A stretch of DNA of 63,611 bases, filler included, from Welwitschia mirabilis (taxonomy: Eukaryota): the NCBI GenBank assembly GCA_051453625.1. It is 6 parts of one record of this genome, joined end to end, with 100 filler letters (N's around TTAATTAATTAA, not from the genome) between each part and the next. Parts side by side here need not be neighbours in the genome. Positions count along the whole stretch, not along the records: positions 1 to 24,461 come from JBOZIK010000001.1; 5 more parts are not named here. The stretch is one strand, 5' to 3'. Shown here piece after piece: positions 1 to 12,400 of the stretch (within the stretch, counting starts at the first letter, position 1; each line of letters begins with the position of its first letter). The position numbers and the translations under genes are program-made. The notes under the pieces are model-generated. The model was not told where the DNA came from. It saw only the letters and a program-made list of their open reading frames with translations, and did not search any database.

Positions 1-87
1 TGTCAAAAAGAGAAAAAACAATCCTCATGGATAAAAGCAATAAGAAACTACTAAAGGATCAGATCCATAATATTATTTTTTAAAAGT

Positions 88-1640
88 ATGGAAATGACTT
101 TGAAAAATCCAATTAAAACAGCTAAAAAAACAAAATAAAAATGGACAAATAGGAACATAAAGAAAATTGTCTACTTACCCTAAATTCTAACCTAACAAAT
201 TCCTTTGGTAACAATCATAAAATCACTTAATAAAAAAATGCATGACAGTATGTAAAAAATTTATAAAGTACCATTTGAATAGGTAATGATTATGATGATG
301 TTAAGTATGTATAATGTTATCAAACAATGAATGATAAGATAAAAAGCTAAAGAAACATGAAGTTACTAGCTTACATATCAAAATAACACTATAATCTAGA
401 AAATTAGAATAATCATGTGGAAGTACTATCTGCAAATAAGGAGTCCAGAAGACAAGCAATGCCTTTGAAAATACAAGTGACATTACTAATCTTATAGTCT
501 CTAAGTAAAATTTTATTCTATCATGATGAGGGGAGTGCAACCACTATCAGAGGAGTAAGAACCCACATAACATGCCTAATTGACCCCCCAATGGAGTTCC
601 CACAGCTATCATATCACACTACCAAAGGCCCCTCTTGGGAAAATTTACCCTAGTGCACTTGTAGTAGGACATCATGATGACCATGTTTTTAGTTTAGATA
701 TGAAAGAGCATGATCTTTATTTATTGCCTTTCTTCTTCTNNNNNNNNNNNNNNNNNNNNNNNNNNNNNNNNNNNNNNNNNNNNNNNNNNNNNNNNNNNNN
801 NNNNNNNNNNNNNNNNNNNNNNNNNNNNNNNNNNNNNNNTGAAAATAAAAGAAAATGTAATAAAAAGAAAAAGGAAATGCTCAAAAACTTTGTAAATGTG
901 TCCACACTCAAGGAAAAAGAAGAATTAGAACTCATCAAATCATAGGAACTTATCAAAAAGAGAACAACAATCCTCCATGGAAATTAGAAAAACACATTAA
1001 CAAGAAACTAGGAAATGATGAAAAAATATGGTAAATGGCTTTGAAAAATCCAATAAAATAGCTAAAGAAAATCAAAATAAAAATGGATAATTACTTACCC
1101 TAAATTAGAACCTAAAAAATTTTCTTGGTAATGATTATAAAATCACTTGATAAAAGATGCATGATAGTATGTAAAAATTATAAAGTACCACTTAAATAGG
1201 TAATGATTATGATAATGTCAAAAGCTACTAAATAATAAGTTATAAGCTACCATATTAAAACAACATTAGAATCCACAAAATTAGAGTGATCATGTGAAAT
1301 CACTATAAATAAATATATAAAATATGCCTAAAAAACAAGCAAGGCCTTTGATGACACTAGGGACATCATTGATCTCACAGCCTTGAAGTAAAATTTATTC
1401 TAATATGATGAGAGGGATGCAATAATTGTCAAAGAAGTAATGACCCATATATCATGGCCAACTAACCCTTTAATGGAGTTCCCATAGCTATCATGTTGTA
1501 CTACCAAAGGTCCCTCTTGGGAAAATTTTTTCCAATGTTCTTACAGTAGGACATCATGATGATCATGTTTTTGAGATATAACATAAAAGAACATGGTAAC
1601 ATTCCAAGTACTTAGTCATGATGATCATGTTGTTTTTGCA
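88..1640 (-). repeat. ~900-950 bp diverged tandem duplication in the pol-to-3'LTR region of A (~88-720 vs ~1030-1590)
   Basis: ctttgaaaaatccaa..tacttaccctaaatt..taaagtacca..ggtaatgattatgat and ctaccaaagg.ccctcttgggaaaattt..gtaggacatcatgatga each occur twice. Confidence 0.85.
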
Positions 1641-1970
1641 TCTTCTTTTTTTTAATTTTTATTTTTTTATTTTTTTTTTTTGGTAACATTTCACATGATC
1701 AAGTACTTATAAGAATAAAAGTGAAGTCATGAAAAAATAACTAATTACTCAAACAATTAAAAGAGAACAAAATAATAAGGCATCTTCCTCCAAAATGAAG
1801 TTTATAAATAAACAAATGTTTGAAGATTGAACAAAGCTAATCTTATCATATGAAAATGCCCAAGTAAAATATTACTAATAATGAAAACTTTATAAGTAAA
1901 TACATAAGTCAAGTTAAAGATATTTAAGTGACAACATGATGTTTACCTAAGGAATGAATTAAGAAGAAAT

Positions 1971-4900
1971 TTAGATAATGACAAAAGGAAGGTCCTGCTT
2001 ATTAAGAGGGGCTTCCAAAACAAGTGCTTCTATCATGTTTAAGGTTTTGCCAGAAGATGACTCATAAATTTTTAACTTCTATTCATTAATTTTTGAATTT
2101 TTTTAGTATTTAAATCATAGATTTTAACTGATCCATTTGAATGTACTTTTTCTATAAGATAAGAACCTAACTGTTTAGAAGTCAACTTATTATGTAAAAG
2201 TTGTACTCAAGTGTTATACAAAAGGACATGTTAACTATGTTTAAATTGCTTATGAATAATATTTTTATCATGTCTGAACTTGGCTTGAGATTTATAAATG
2301 AGTTAATAATGTAAAACATGAGTATGTTTTTCATTAAATGATCAAGTTGGGCTAATCAAGTTCTAAGATTTTCATCCAAATCTACAAGGTTAAGTTGATG
2401 GTTGGATCGATAAGAGTTATAGTAAACATCAACTGACAAGACACAAACTTTTTTGTACACAAGTTCATATGGTGAGAAACCTAGAGAGATGCATCAAGTA
2501 GTATAGTAAGCTCAAAGAACATCATTAAGTTTAGAGAACCATGTTTTCTTATTAATAAAGACTAATTTTTGGAGGATCTTTTTAATTTTTCTATTTGCAT
2601 TTTTAACTTAGCATTAGCTTGAGAATGATAAGTATATGTAATTCTATGTTCAATGCCAATAGATAAAAGAAGTTTCCAAAAAAAGGTAATTAATAAAATA
2701 GTTTCTTAATTGCTAATGATGATTTATTAAAACCAAATCATTGAAAGATATGAGTTTGAACAAAATAGCAAATAGTTCAGACATCATTCTTGGTAGTAGA
2801 AACAGCTTTGACATACTTAGTAACATAATTAATGGCCACGAAGATGTAATTTTTATTATGAGAAAGTAGTTTAATAGGGCCTATAAAGTCAATCCCCTAA
2901 TAATCAAAAGGTTCATATTCAAGCATAGATTTAAGGGGTATATATTGAGAACAAGTTAGGTTACCATAACATTAACATGCATCACACCTTTCTAGAAAAG
3001 TTAAGTGAGTTTTTAAAAATGGTAGGCCAATAAAAACCAGAGTGAAGAATTTCAATGGTAGTCTTTTAATTACTAATTTATCCACCACATACTTCACTAT
3101 AGTAAAGTTTAAGGATTTCTAAGTTTTCCCACTCAGGCACACACTTATGCATGATTTGGTCTTTGCATCATTTATAAAGATGGGGTTTATTCCACTTATA
3201 ATTACCAATCCTATGGAAAAAATATTTTCATTGGTTATGGTCCCAATGCTAAGGGGTTTTCATAGTAACAAGGTAGTTCAAAATATCATCATACTAATGA
3301 GCAGGATGAATGAAAGAGATGGCATAAAGTTATTCCATAGTAAATAATTGTTCATCTAGAAAGAAGTTATTTTGGGAAGTTTATCATGAGAATAGGAAAG
3401 TCAAGATAAGTGATCTATAATGCTATTATGTCTTCTAGTTTTATCGATGATGGTAAGATTAAATTCTTTCATGAGAAGAATCCACTTAATAAGTCTAGCA
3501 CTAGAATCTTTTTTAGTCATAAGATAGCATATACCTATATGATGTATGTAAACATTAATGTAAAAGCCAAGAAAATAATGTTGAAGATGATCAAGGTAAA
3601 AGATGATGGTAAGCATTTCTCTCTTGGTAGTAGTATAGTTAGATTGGTCCTAGGACAAAATTTTACTAAGATAGAATGTGACTTTAAAATCACTTTCATA
3701 TTTTTGACTAATAATTCTATCCACAATAATATTGCTTGCATCACACATGAGTTCAAAATCTTTAGAAAAATTTTTTTTCTTAAGAGTATCAAATGTAAGT
3801 TAACATGCAACATTCCAATCAAATTTAGCATCTTTTTTGAGTAATGAGTAAAGGGGTTTACAAATTTTGGCATAATCATGAATAAAATAATGATATAAAC
3901 CAGCATGACCAAGAAATGACCTAACTTATTTGATATTGATTAAAGAACTAATGTTTTTAATGATATTAACTTTTGTAGGATCCATCTTAATTCCTTCCTT
4001 TAAAATGTGATGATCTAAAAAAATTCCATGATTGATAAGGGAAAAAATCTTTTCTCAACTCAAATGTTAGCCACTCTCTATACATCGATCCAAACATTTC
4101 TCTAATCTTTCTATGGTTTTTTCAAAGGTTTTACTAAAGATGGAGAAGTCATTTATGAAGATTTTAATAGAATCCTCTATCATGTCAGAAAAGATCTAGT
4201 TCATTACTCGTTCAAAAGTTTTAGGGGCACTACAAAGTTCAAAGGGCATTTGTCTAAAGGCAAAAATTCCAAAGGATGAGATAAAGGTTATTTTGGCTTG
4301 GTCTTTACTTGTTATACAAACTTGATTATAGCCACTATACCCATTAAGAAAATAAGTAGACATAACCTTGGATTCTATCAAATAATTAATTAAGAAAGGG
4401 TAAAGAGTAATGATCCTTTTTAGTGACCTCATTAAGTTTTCTAAAATCAATGCATGTTCTCCATTTTTCACTCTTTTTTGGAAGTACTGTTAAAGAGCTA
4501 ACCCACTCACTATCGAATATAGCATATATGATCCTGACATCTATAAGTTTAATAATTTCATCTTTAACTATTTACTTAAGGGATATGTTAAGCCTTCTTT
4601 GAGGTTGCTTAATAAGTTTAGCATTATCCTCAAGGTAAATTTTATGTTAAACTATGAAAAGAAGGATGGTAGCTAAGTCTTTATCAGTCCAAGCAAAGGA
4701 ATCTTCTTTAGAATTTAAGAGTGAGATTAAGTTTGATTCTTGTTAAAAGGTAAAAAGGTCACTTATTGTTAGATGTTTCTTTGGGTTGTTAGATAAAAAA
4801 TGTATTTCAAACCTTTAGGCAATTCCTTAAGTTCTAGGCTTAGGATTTTCATCTATTATCCCGTCTATCATGAGGATGACAAACATGGGATAATACTCTT

Positions 4901-7460
4901 CAAAAGGCTTTATAACAACTAAGCATGTTGGATTTTCTCCTAGTTTATGTATTCCTCATTCTTAGGCTTAAGATAATGTATTTCAGTTAGGTTATTAGAC
5001 AAAGTTGATTCTTGTTACATTATCAATTTCTTCTTAATTGATTGATGTTGTAAGAACAAGGTTGATTTAAGTTCTTCTTCTAAGTTAAAGTTATATCCTA
5101 TGTCCATTTTAGTAGCATCAAAAACTTGAATGGTAAACTCTTTATTGCCTATATGACATTCCATCATTCTAGTTCATGTATCAATAATACAGTGGGTAGT
5201 TGTACAAAGAGCTCTTCATAAAAGTAGTGGATAAACTCCATCATATTCTACCTCAATGATGATACATCTATGTGATAAAAATCTTTCTCAATTTAGATGA
5301 ATAGATCCTTGATAATTCCTAAGGGTTTTTTTAATTGAAGTATAAGCCAATTCCAAGATAATTTGTATTGGTTATATTCTATTTTCTAACCTAAGTATTT
5401 TACATATATGAAGAGCATGATGTTGATACTAGCTCTTATGTCAATTAAAGCTTTTCTAATTCTTTTATTTCCTTTCAAAATAACACTCATAGCTACTACT
5501 CTAGGGTCTTTAAATTTAGGACATTTTTTTATAACTAAGTTGGAAACAGATTGAGTAAGAAAAACTTTACTAGGAATAGTATGTTTTTGTTTTCTTCTTA
5601 CTAGGTTTTTCCACAACTTAGAATATTTAGGATTTTCTTGCAAGAGTTTCCAAAAAGGTAAGTTGATGTTTACCTCTTGCATTAAGTTCTTCAAGTATTT
5701 ATCAAAGGTGGGATTCACATTTAACCAATTAAGTTAAGGAGTAGATGATTTCTTCTTTTTATTTTCTTATGAAGAATTTTTAGTAGAGGTTTTATCATGT
5801 GATATTGATGGGAATTTATATGAGTAAAAAATTTCTAGATCATCTTATTCATTACTTTTTTCATTATTTTTGGAAGTTGAAACTTTATGGGTAGGAGGTG
5901 TTATATTATTTTTACTTCTTATTTTTACCTTTAAGTATCTCTTAATTTTATTTGGGTTGGGTAAAGGTTTAGATGCAAGAGCCTCTTATGATCTTTAATT
6001 AGTAAGCATCATTTGTTGAATCACATTTACTAAGTTTTTAATATTATTCTTAGTCTTTTTAATATTATTATTGGTCTTTTCTTTCATATTTTTTAATTCT
6101 TTTATGAAATCTCTAAGTAGATCATTTTGATTTGGTCGAAAATTAAAGTTATTTGGTTGGAAATTTGAATTTCTAAATCCATTCTCAAAAGGTTTCCATT
6201 GTGATTATCCACCTAATTTTTGTTAAAATTTAATTAGCTTTTAAAGATAGGTATTCTTTGGTTGAATGCACAAACTTCCTAAAAAAATCATCTCTTTACA
6301 AGTTAGCAACAAGGGATACTCTTTAGTTGGATGAGAGTTGTCTTCACAAATTTTACAAGTTTAAGTCTTTTTTCATCTTTTACTACCTTTTCATCAACTA
6401 TCAATTGAGTGTACTTCTCTAAACTGATAGTGAAATCCTTAATTAAGTTGGTTAAATCACTTATCTCTTCTTCCTTGTTATGTTTTACTTTCCTTTAGTA
6501 TTTTGTAATTTGACCTACAGTTTAAGTTTTCTTAGTGTATTTTGGTTAAGTTTGAGTTATCTCTACTAAAGTTTCTAACACATCCCATGCGTCTTCTAAG
6601 ACTAATTTCATTAAGTTGCTACAATAAGAAAAGTCTAGAAGTTGCTTAGTTTGATAACTCAATCCACTATATAAATAATCAACTAATTATTCTTTATGAA
6701 ATTCATCAATAGAGTTGGAATTGCTAGCTATGATAAAAAATTTATATGTTATGGAATAATCCTCATGAGTTTGTTATTAAAAGTTAGTAACTTCCTTTCT
6801 TCTTTTTCTTATAGAACTTTCACTCAAAAATCGTTTGATAAAAACCTCTTACACTTGAATCCATGATATAATACTTTTATGTGAAATGGTTTTAAGCTAA
6901 AGTTTTGCCATTCTTGTAAGTATAACTAGAAAAATAATCATGTAAGTATGATCATTAATACATTTCTTTTCATTTCTTAATATAAGAACAAGTTCTTCAA
7001 TGTCAGCTAGATGTTGGAAAGGGTCTTTCTAATGTTTCCCTAAACAAGTTGGATAGGCACTCAAATTTCTTAATTTTACATCATCACCAAGAGGTAAATC
7101 AAAGGGATTTTGAATTTCACGTTTTCTATTAGTGATGAAATATCTAACAATAAGATTTGCATTTGAAGTATAAGTTTCTATTATGATTGGCATACTAGTG
7201 AAGTAACTTGATTTTGTTTTTATGATGATTTTGACATATTTAGAAAGAAATAACATGATCTACTTCTATACTACAATTTTCTTTTGTAAAATCTGATTCT
7301 AAAATAATAGAAATAGAGAAATCTTCTTTTTTAATTCTTGGAATTTGCATATCTAAGATGTGCTTACCTGGATTTTGCTTGAAGTTGAATAATCCTTCTC
7401 TAATATTTCTTCAATCAAGTTCTACTCTCTCTGATATTTCTTATTTCTACTAGAATTCAT
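1971..7460 (-). pseudogene. gag-pol pseudogene of element A (gag ~7460-5720, protease ~5500-5100, RT ~4650-3950, RNase H ~3900-3400, integrase ~3330-1971)
   Basis: Fragments KALIDIRASINIM (protease), SEWVSSLTVLPKKSEKWRTCIDFRKLNEVTKKDHY and YFLNGYSGYNQV..FAFRQMPFELCSAPKTFERVM (RT), KKDSSARLIKWILLMKEFNLTIIDK (RNase H). Many stops and frameshifts. Confidence 0.9.
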
Positions 7461-7909
7461 CATATCCTTACATATTCAAACAGTAAACAAAAAAAGAAAT
7501 AAAAAGTAACTAACTATTATCCACCTTATTATGGGAATAACTAGAGGGATGACAATCACAATTGTAGAAAACCAAACTAAGATAAAAATTGCCAAAAGTA
7601 AAAAATTAGACTATCATCTAGGCTATCATGGGAATGATAGAGGAGATGACAATATTTTTATTACTATTTTATAGATAGAAAGAAAATTTGTAGAAAAGAA
7701 AATAAATTGAAAATTCAAAATTATTATTCCTAGTATCATGGGAACAACAAATAGAATAACATTGATCTTTAAAACTATAGAAAATGAAAATTGATAAAAT
7801 AAACTTACTAAACTATAAATAAAAGTATAGAACTATTTCAAATAAATAATCTAAACTAAAATTCAAGGTACTTATTTGGATAATGACAATCCTCTAGCTT
7901 CTTGCAGCC

Positions 7910-7928
7910 TTCCCTAGTAGTGGTGCCA
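7910..7928 (-). promoter_or_regulatory. Primer-binding site of element A, tRNA-Asp type
   Basis: Minus strand TGGCACCACTACTAGGGAA directly after the LTR end (..GCAGCA). It is a deaminated form of the Athila PBS TGGCGCCGTTGCCGGGGA. Confidence 0.75.
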
Positions 7929-7931
7929 AAA

Positions 7932-9165
7932 TGCTGCGATGTAAATTTATGCAATCTTTAAGTCCTCAGACAAAAACCTGTAGATCACAATACTTGCAAA
8001 AACACATTCTATTATAAATAAGAGTTAACTTGAATGTCGTAATCTATTAAAGGCACTAGGTTAGAAGTTATAAAATTGATCTCATAAAGTATTTTTAATC
8101 TTTTATATTTAATAAATAATAATAAATAATAATGTAAATGTAATTCAAAATGAATGATGGTAAAAATGCAATGGATGGAATGCAAGTGAGATGGGTTCTA
8201 TATGGACTCTAATCCTTCTATCACAAGAACTATTTTTCTATAACTTAGATTAACTAGAAAGAGTTCTATTACTTGTTTCTACCCAAAATAAAAATATAGA
8301 TAATGCAATATGGAATTAGCATGAAATAGTGATGTAAAACTAAACTAATAAATTCAACCTTAATAAAGGTTACCCTTATGTTCTAAATAAATTATAGAAC
8401 TTTCACTAAACTATAATCAACTTAAACCATAAGGGACATTTACATAATTATAGTAAAAAAATTTATTTAATTAATCATAAGATTTTACATCCACTTATAA
8501 TAAAGTAGCAGCACCTCCATGAAGGATGCTTAGCCCAACATAAAGGTAAACTTCTATCTGTAGTTATTGGATGAACCTCTTATCCTTCAATCTTCTATCA
8601 TAAGAACATTAGGTACAAAAGATGGAAAATGAAGTGAAGGAAAGGAAGGATATTTATAGTTTTTCATTAATTTCTAGAAGATCAACCCTATAAATTAGAG
8701 AAGAAATCCTAGCAGTCCAAATGGGTCACATAACCCCATTACAAAAATAATTCTTTTCATCCATAGAAAATAGCTATTATTCTGACTATCATGAGGATGA
8801 TAATGGAGACATTACTTCATGTCAAAGATGGTCCATCAGCTTTAGGCCTTATAGTCAACTCCACAGACTTCATCCATGTCAATAGTATTGTTGTCCTATC
8901 TATTGTGAGGATGACAAAGGGAATGATAGGCTTCTTCATCTTCTATCTCAAAGAGGAATCAGTTTTCTACATGGTAAATTATTCTTTCAAAGTATGAAGT
9001 ATCAGAATAATCCTAAGATACCTCCAAATATAATAAGAGTTACATGTTTTAATGATAATCCTATTAGTTATCCATAATCATCAGAATTTCATCCAAATCT
9101 ATATAAATCTCCTATAAAAGAACTCAAAATACATCATCAAATTCCTACAAATTGGTATTATAGTA
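7932..9165 (-). repeat. 5' LTR of element A
   Basis: Adjacent to the PBS. The right end aligns with the LTR start at 42244 (tgttgcactacc vs tactataatacc). TATA-like CTATAAATA on the minus strand near 8650. Confidence 0.7.
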
Positions 9166-9459
9166 ATCTAAAAAATAGAAAGTAATGTATAAATCACATA
9201 AAAATAATGATAACTCAAATAACTCCCCAAATAAAGAAGAGGAAGAGACTTAAAAAAAAAAAACNNNNNNNNNNNNNNNNNNNNNNNNNNNNNNNNNNNN
9301 NNNNNNNNNNNNNNNNNNNNNNNNNNNNNNNNNNNNNNNNNNNNNNNNNNNNNNNNNNNNNNNNNNNNNNNNNNNNNNNNNNNNNNNNNNNNNNNNNNNN
9401 NNNNNNNNNNNNNNNNNNNNNNNNNNNNNNNNNNNNNNNNNNNNNNNNNNNNNNNNNNN

Positions 9460-12400
9460 GCTAATTATCTCAAATCTTTCCCTTTTTCTCTAAAAGATGA
9501 TGCTGAGTTATGATATCATAGAAACCCTAACCATGCTTTTAGGTCATGAGGAGCCCTTAAAAATGGTTTTCTAGCTAAATTTTAACTCATGAGAATGGTT
9601 GAAGATTTAAGAAAATAAATATTAAATATTAAATATTAAATAAAGAGATAATGAAATGTTTAATGAGTTCATAGATAGGTACAACATATTGCTAGTCAAA
9701 TGTTCTAACCATGGAATCATAGTTAAGAAATGAGTTAGAGCCTTATTTAAAGAATTACAAAGTCAAACGTTGAAGAAATTAGATTTGTTATGCCAAGGAA
9801 GCATTAAACTAAGAATGTTCAAGAAGTGGAAGAAGTCATTACACAATTCTACAATATGAATCAAAGATGGGGTCAAGAAAGTAAAAATAAGAAGAAAATA
9901 AATGAAGTATGCATCCCAGAACCAGACAGTAGTGTATATAGCTCAAGAGATATTAGTCTTGTAGAAGAAGTAGTTAAAAAAGTAATAGATAGTATGGTAG
10001 AAAAATTTGATAAATCAGTTGTACAACATTTTAAAGAAGAAGAAGGACCTACATGTGAATACTATAAAAAGCATAATCATGATGAGACAGAGTACCCTTA
10101 GATGCAATAATTTGTTTAGTGATTGGATATAAATAGATTAAATTTTAATTTTGATAATCAACCTTAAACTAGAAAGAAATCATATCCTTACCAAAGTTAA
10201 AAATGGGAATGAAAAGTAGAAATACCTTTACAAAGGTATGTGAACTCAAAAAAGCAAGAGAAATCTAATTATTATAGAAAGTGAAAAAATAAAAACTCAA
10301 AAGATCAAAGAGAAAAATCAGAAATAAAAAAGAAAGAAGGAAAAATTCCTACTTAATCCTAACTAAATTCTAGAGAAGCGATAAGTAAAGTAGTAACTAC
10401 CAGATCGAGAAAACAGAAAGTGACATATGAATCATTAAAAAACAAGAACTCAAATAACTCCCTAAATAAAGGAGAGGAAGAGATTAAAAGAAAAAATATG
10501 AATGATACTTCATCAGGTTCTTTACCCCTTCCTATATATGAGAAGTAAACAAATAGAACATCCAAAAGTTTAGAAAGATATAGAATACTTAACCAGGATA
10601 TTAGAAGATACAAATATAATAATACCTCTCTTAAAATTATTAAAAGATGTACCTATGTATTGAAAGCAAATGAAGAGCATGTGCTCAAAATAGAAAAGTA
10701 AAAAGGAGAATAAGAAAGAAAAACAAATTAAAATGATAAGAAAATACCAAGTTTCTTGGGCTTCCATACAAGTTCTTCAAAATAAACAACATGAAGAGTT
10801 TAGTGATTCCAGAACATTTATGATTGATGTGAAAATAGGTAGGAAACTCAAATTTGAAGTGCTTGTATATCTTGAAGTAAGTATTAATTAATGGCCTATG
10901 AAACCTATGAGGAATTAGGAAAACCAAAACCAATGCCTTATCAAGGAAATTTTACCTAGTAAATGGCTCAGCAGTTATGAAAGAAGAAGTTTTAAAGGAT
11001 ATATCTATAGAACTCCAAGTTTTTATTTATTTAATAGACTCACTGATCATGAAAACTCAAGGAGATACCCACAAAGTAATTCTCGAAAGATCATGAATGG
11101 CTACTGTAGATGCTACTATCTAGTTTAAAAGAAGGGTAATGGAAATTAGTCTAGAGATCTTAAAAAGGAAATTAAACTTTATGATGCAGTGGTTATTGAG
11201 GAAATGATACAAAACACTAAGGAAAGAACTAATGCAATTTTAAGTCAAGAAGTTAATCTAATATTAAGTAAACAAAATGAAGAGAAGTATAAAAAAGAAT
11301 ATTTAGAAACTAAAGAAATAGAAAAACCTCTTCTTAAGAAAGGATTAGAGTATATTAAGATAACCCCTAATAGAATTTTAATCATAAATAGTTCTTTAAC
11401 TCATTCTTAGAAGAAAAGACTTAAAATAATATTAATCAAAATAAAAGGATCTTTTTCTTAGGATCATACCAATATTAAAGGAATAGATCCAAAAATTTAT
11501 CAACATAGAATCTACTTAGATACTTCTATTAAACCAAGTTGGTAGCCAGAGAAAATGTGTAACCCACATATGTAGCAGGTAATTAAATAGGAAATTTCTA
11601 AACTCATAGAAGTAGGATTTATTTTCCCCATATCTAATTCAGAATGGGTTAGCACTATAATAGTAATACCAAAGAAAGGAAATAAATAGATAGTGTGTAT
11701 AGATCTTAGAATGCTAAATACAGTGACTTATAAAAATTATTTTCCTCTTTTATTTATTGATCAAGTTTTAGAAAGAGTATATGAAAATTAGTACTATAGG
11801 TTCCTAAATGAATATATCAATTATAATCAAGTACTTATAGCCTTATAAGATCAAGTAAAAATAACTCTAACTTATTATTTGAATACGTATGCTTATAAAA
11901 TACTTCCATTTTGACTATGTAATACTCTTGCTACTTTTTAGAGATTAGTAAATAGTTTTTTTCAAGACATGATAGGAAGATAAATTAAAGTGTTTATGGA
12001 TGATTTCTTAACATTTGGCAAATATTTTGAAGATTCGATTAAAAAATTAGAAAAAGTTTTAAAAAGATTTGAAGAAAAATGCCTTAGAGTTAGCTAGTCA
12101 AAAATTCATCTTATGGTGACAAAAGGCATAGTGTTAGAACACAAAATATCTAAGAAAGAAATTGAAACTAATGAATACAAAATCAAATATATCAAAGATA
12201 TTTCAGCCCCAATCAAACTAAAAGAGTTAAGATCTTGGATATTATAGAAGATTCATATCCAACTTCAATAAAATTACTAAACCTTTGAGTAATCTTCTAT
12301 AATAAGATGTGGAACATGATTAGATTAATGAGTTTTAGAATGACTACCAAACTTTAAAAGATAAACTTTTATTAGCACTTGTTTTGCAGAAGCCAAATTT

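Larger units (their letters stand above)
1..9165 (-). mobile_element. Athila-like Ty3/Gypsy LTR retrotransposon A (degenerate; 3' LTR lies left of the window)
   Basis: Minus-strand order is LTR (7932-9165), PBS, gag, protease, RT, RNase H, integrase, then a long non-coding 3' region. Confidence 0.9.

Noticed and set aside
171-180. TACTTACC as the 5' end of a U1 snRNA
   Set aside because: No U1 stem-loops or Sm site follow; better read as a minus-strand splice donor.
521-690. Module as hammerhead/twister ribozyme, tRNA or C/D snoRNA
   Set aside because: CTGATAG is not followed by a GAAA core, no cloverleaf or true B-box is visible, and TGATGA is not conserved in all copies. Left unclassified.
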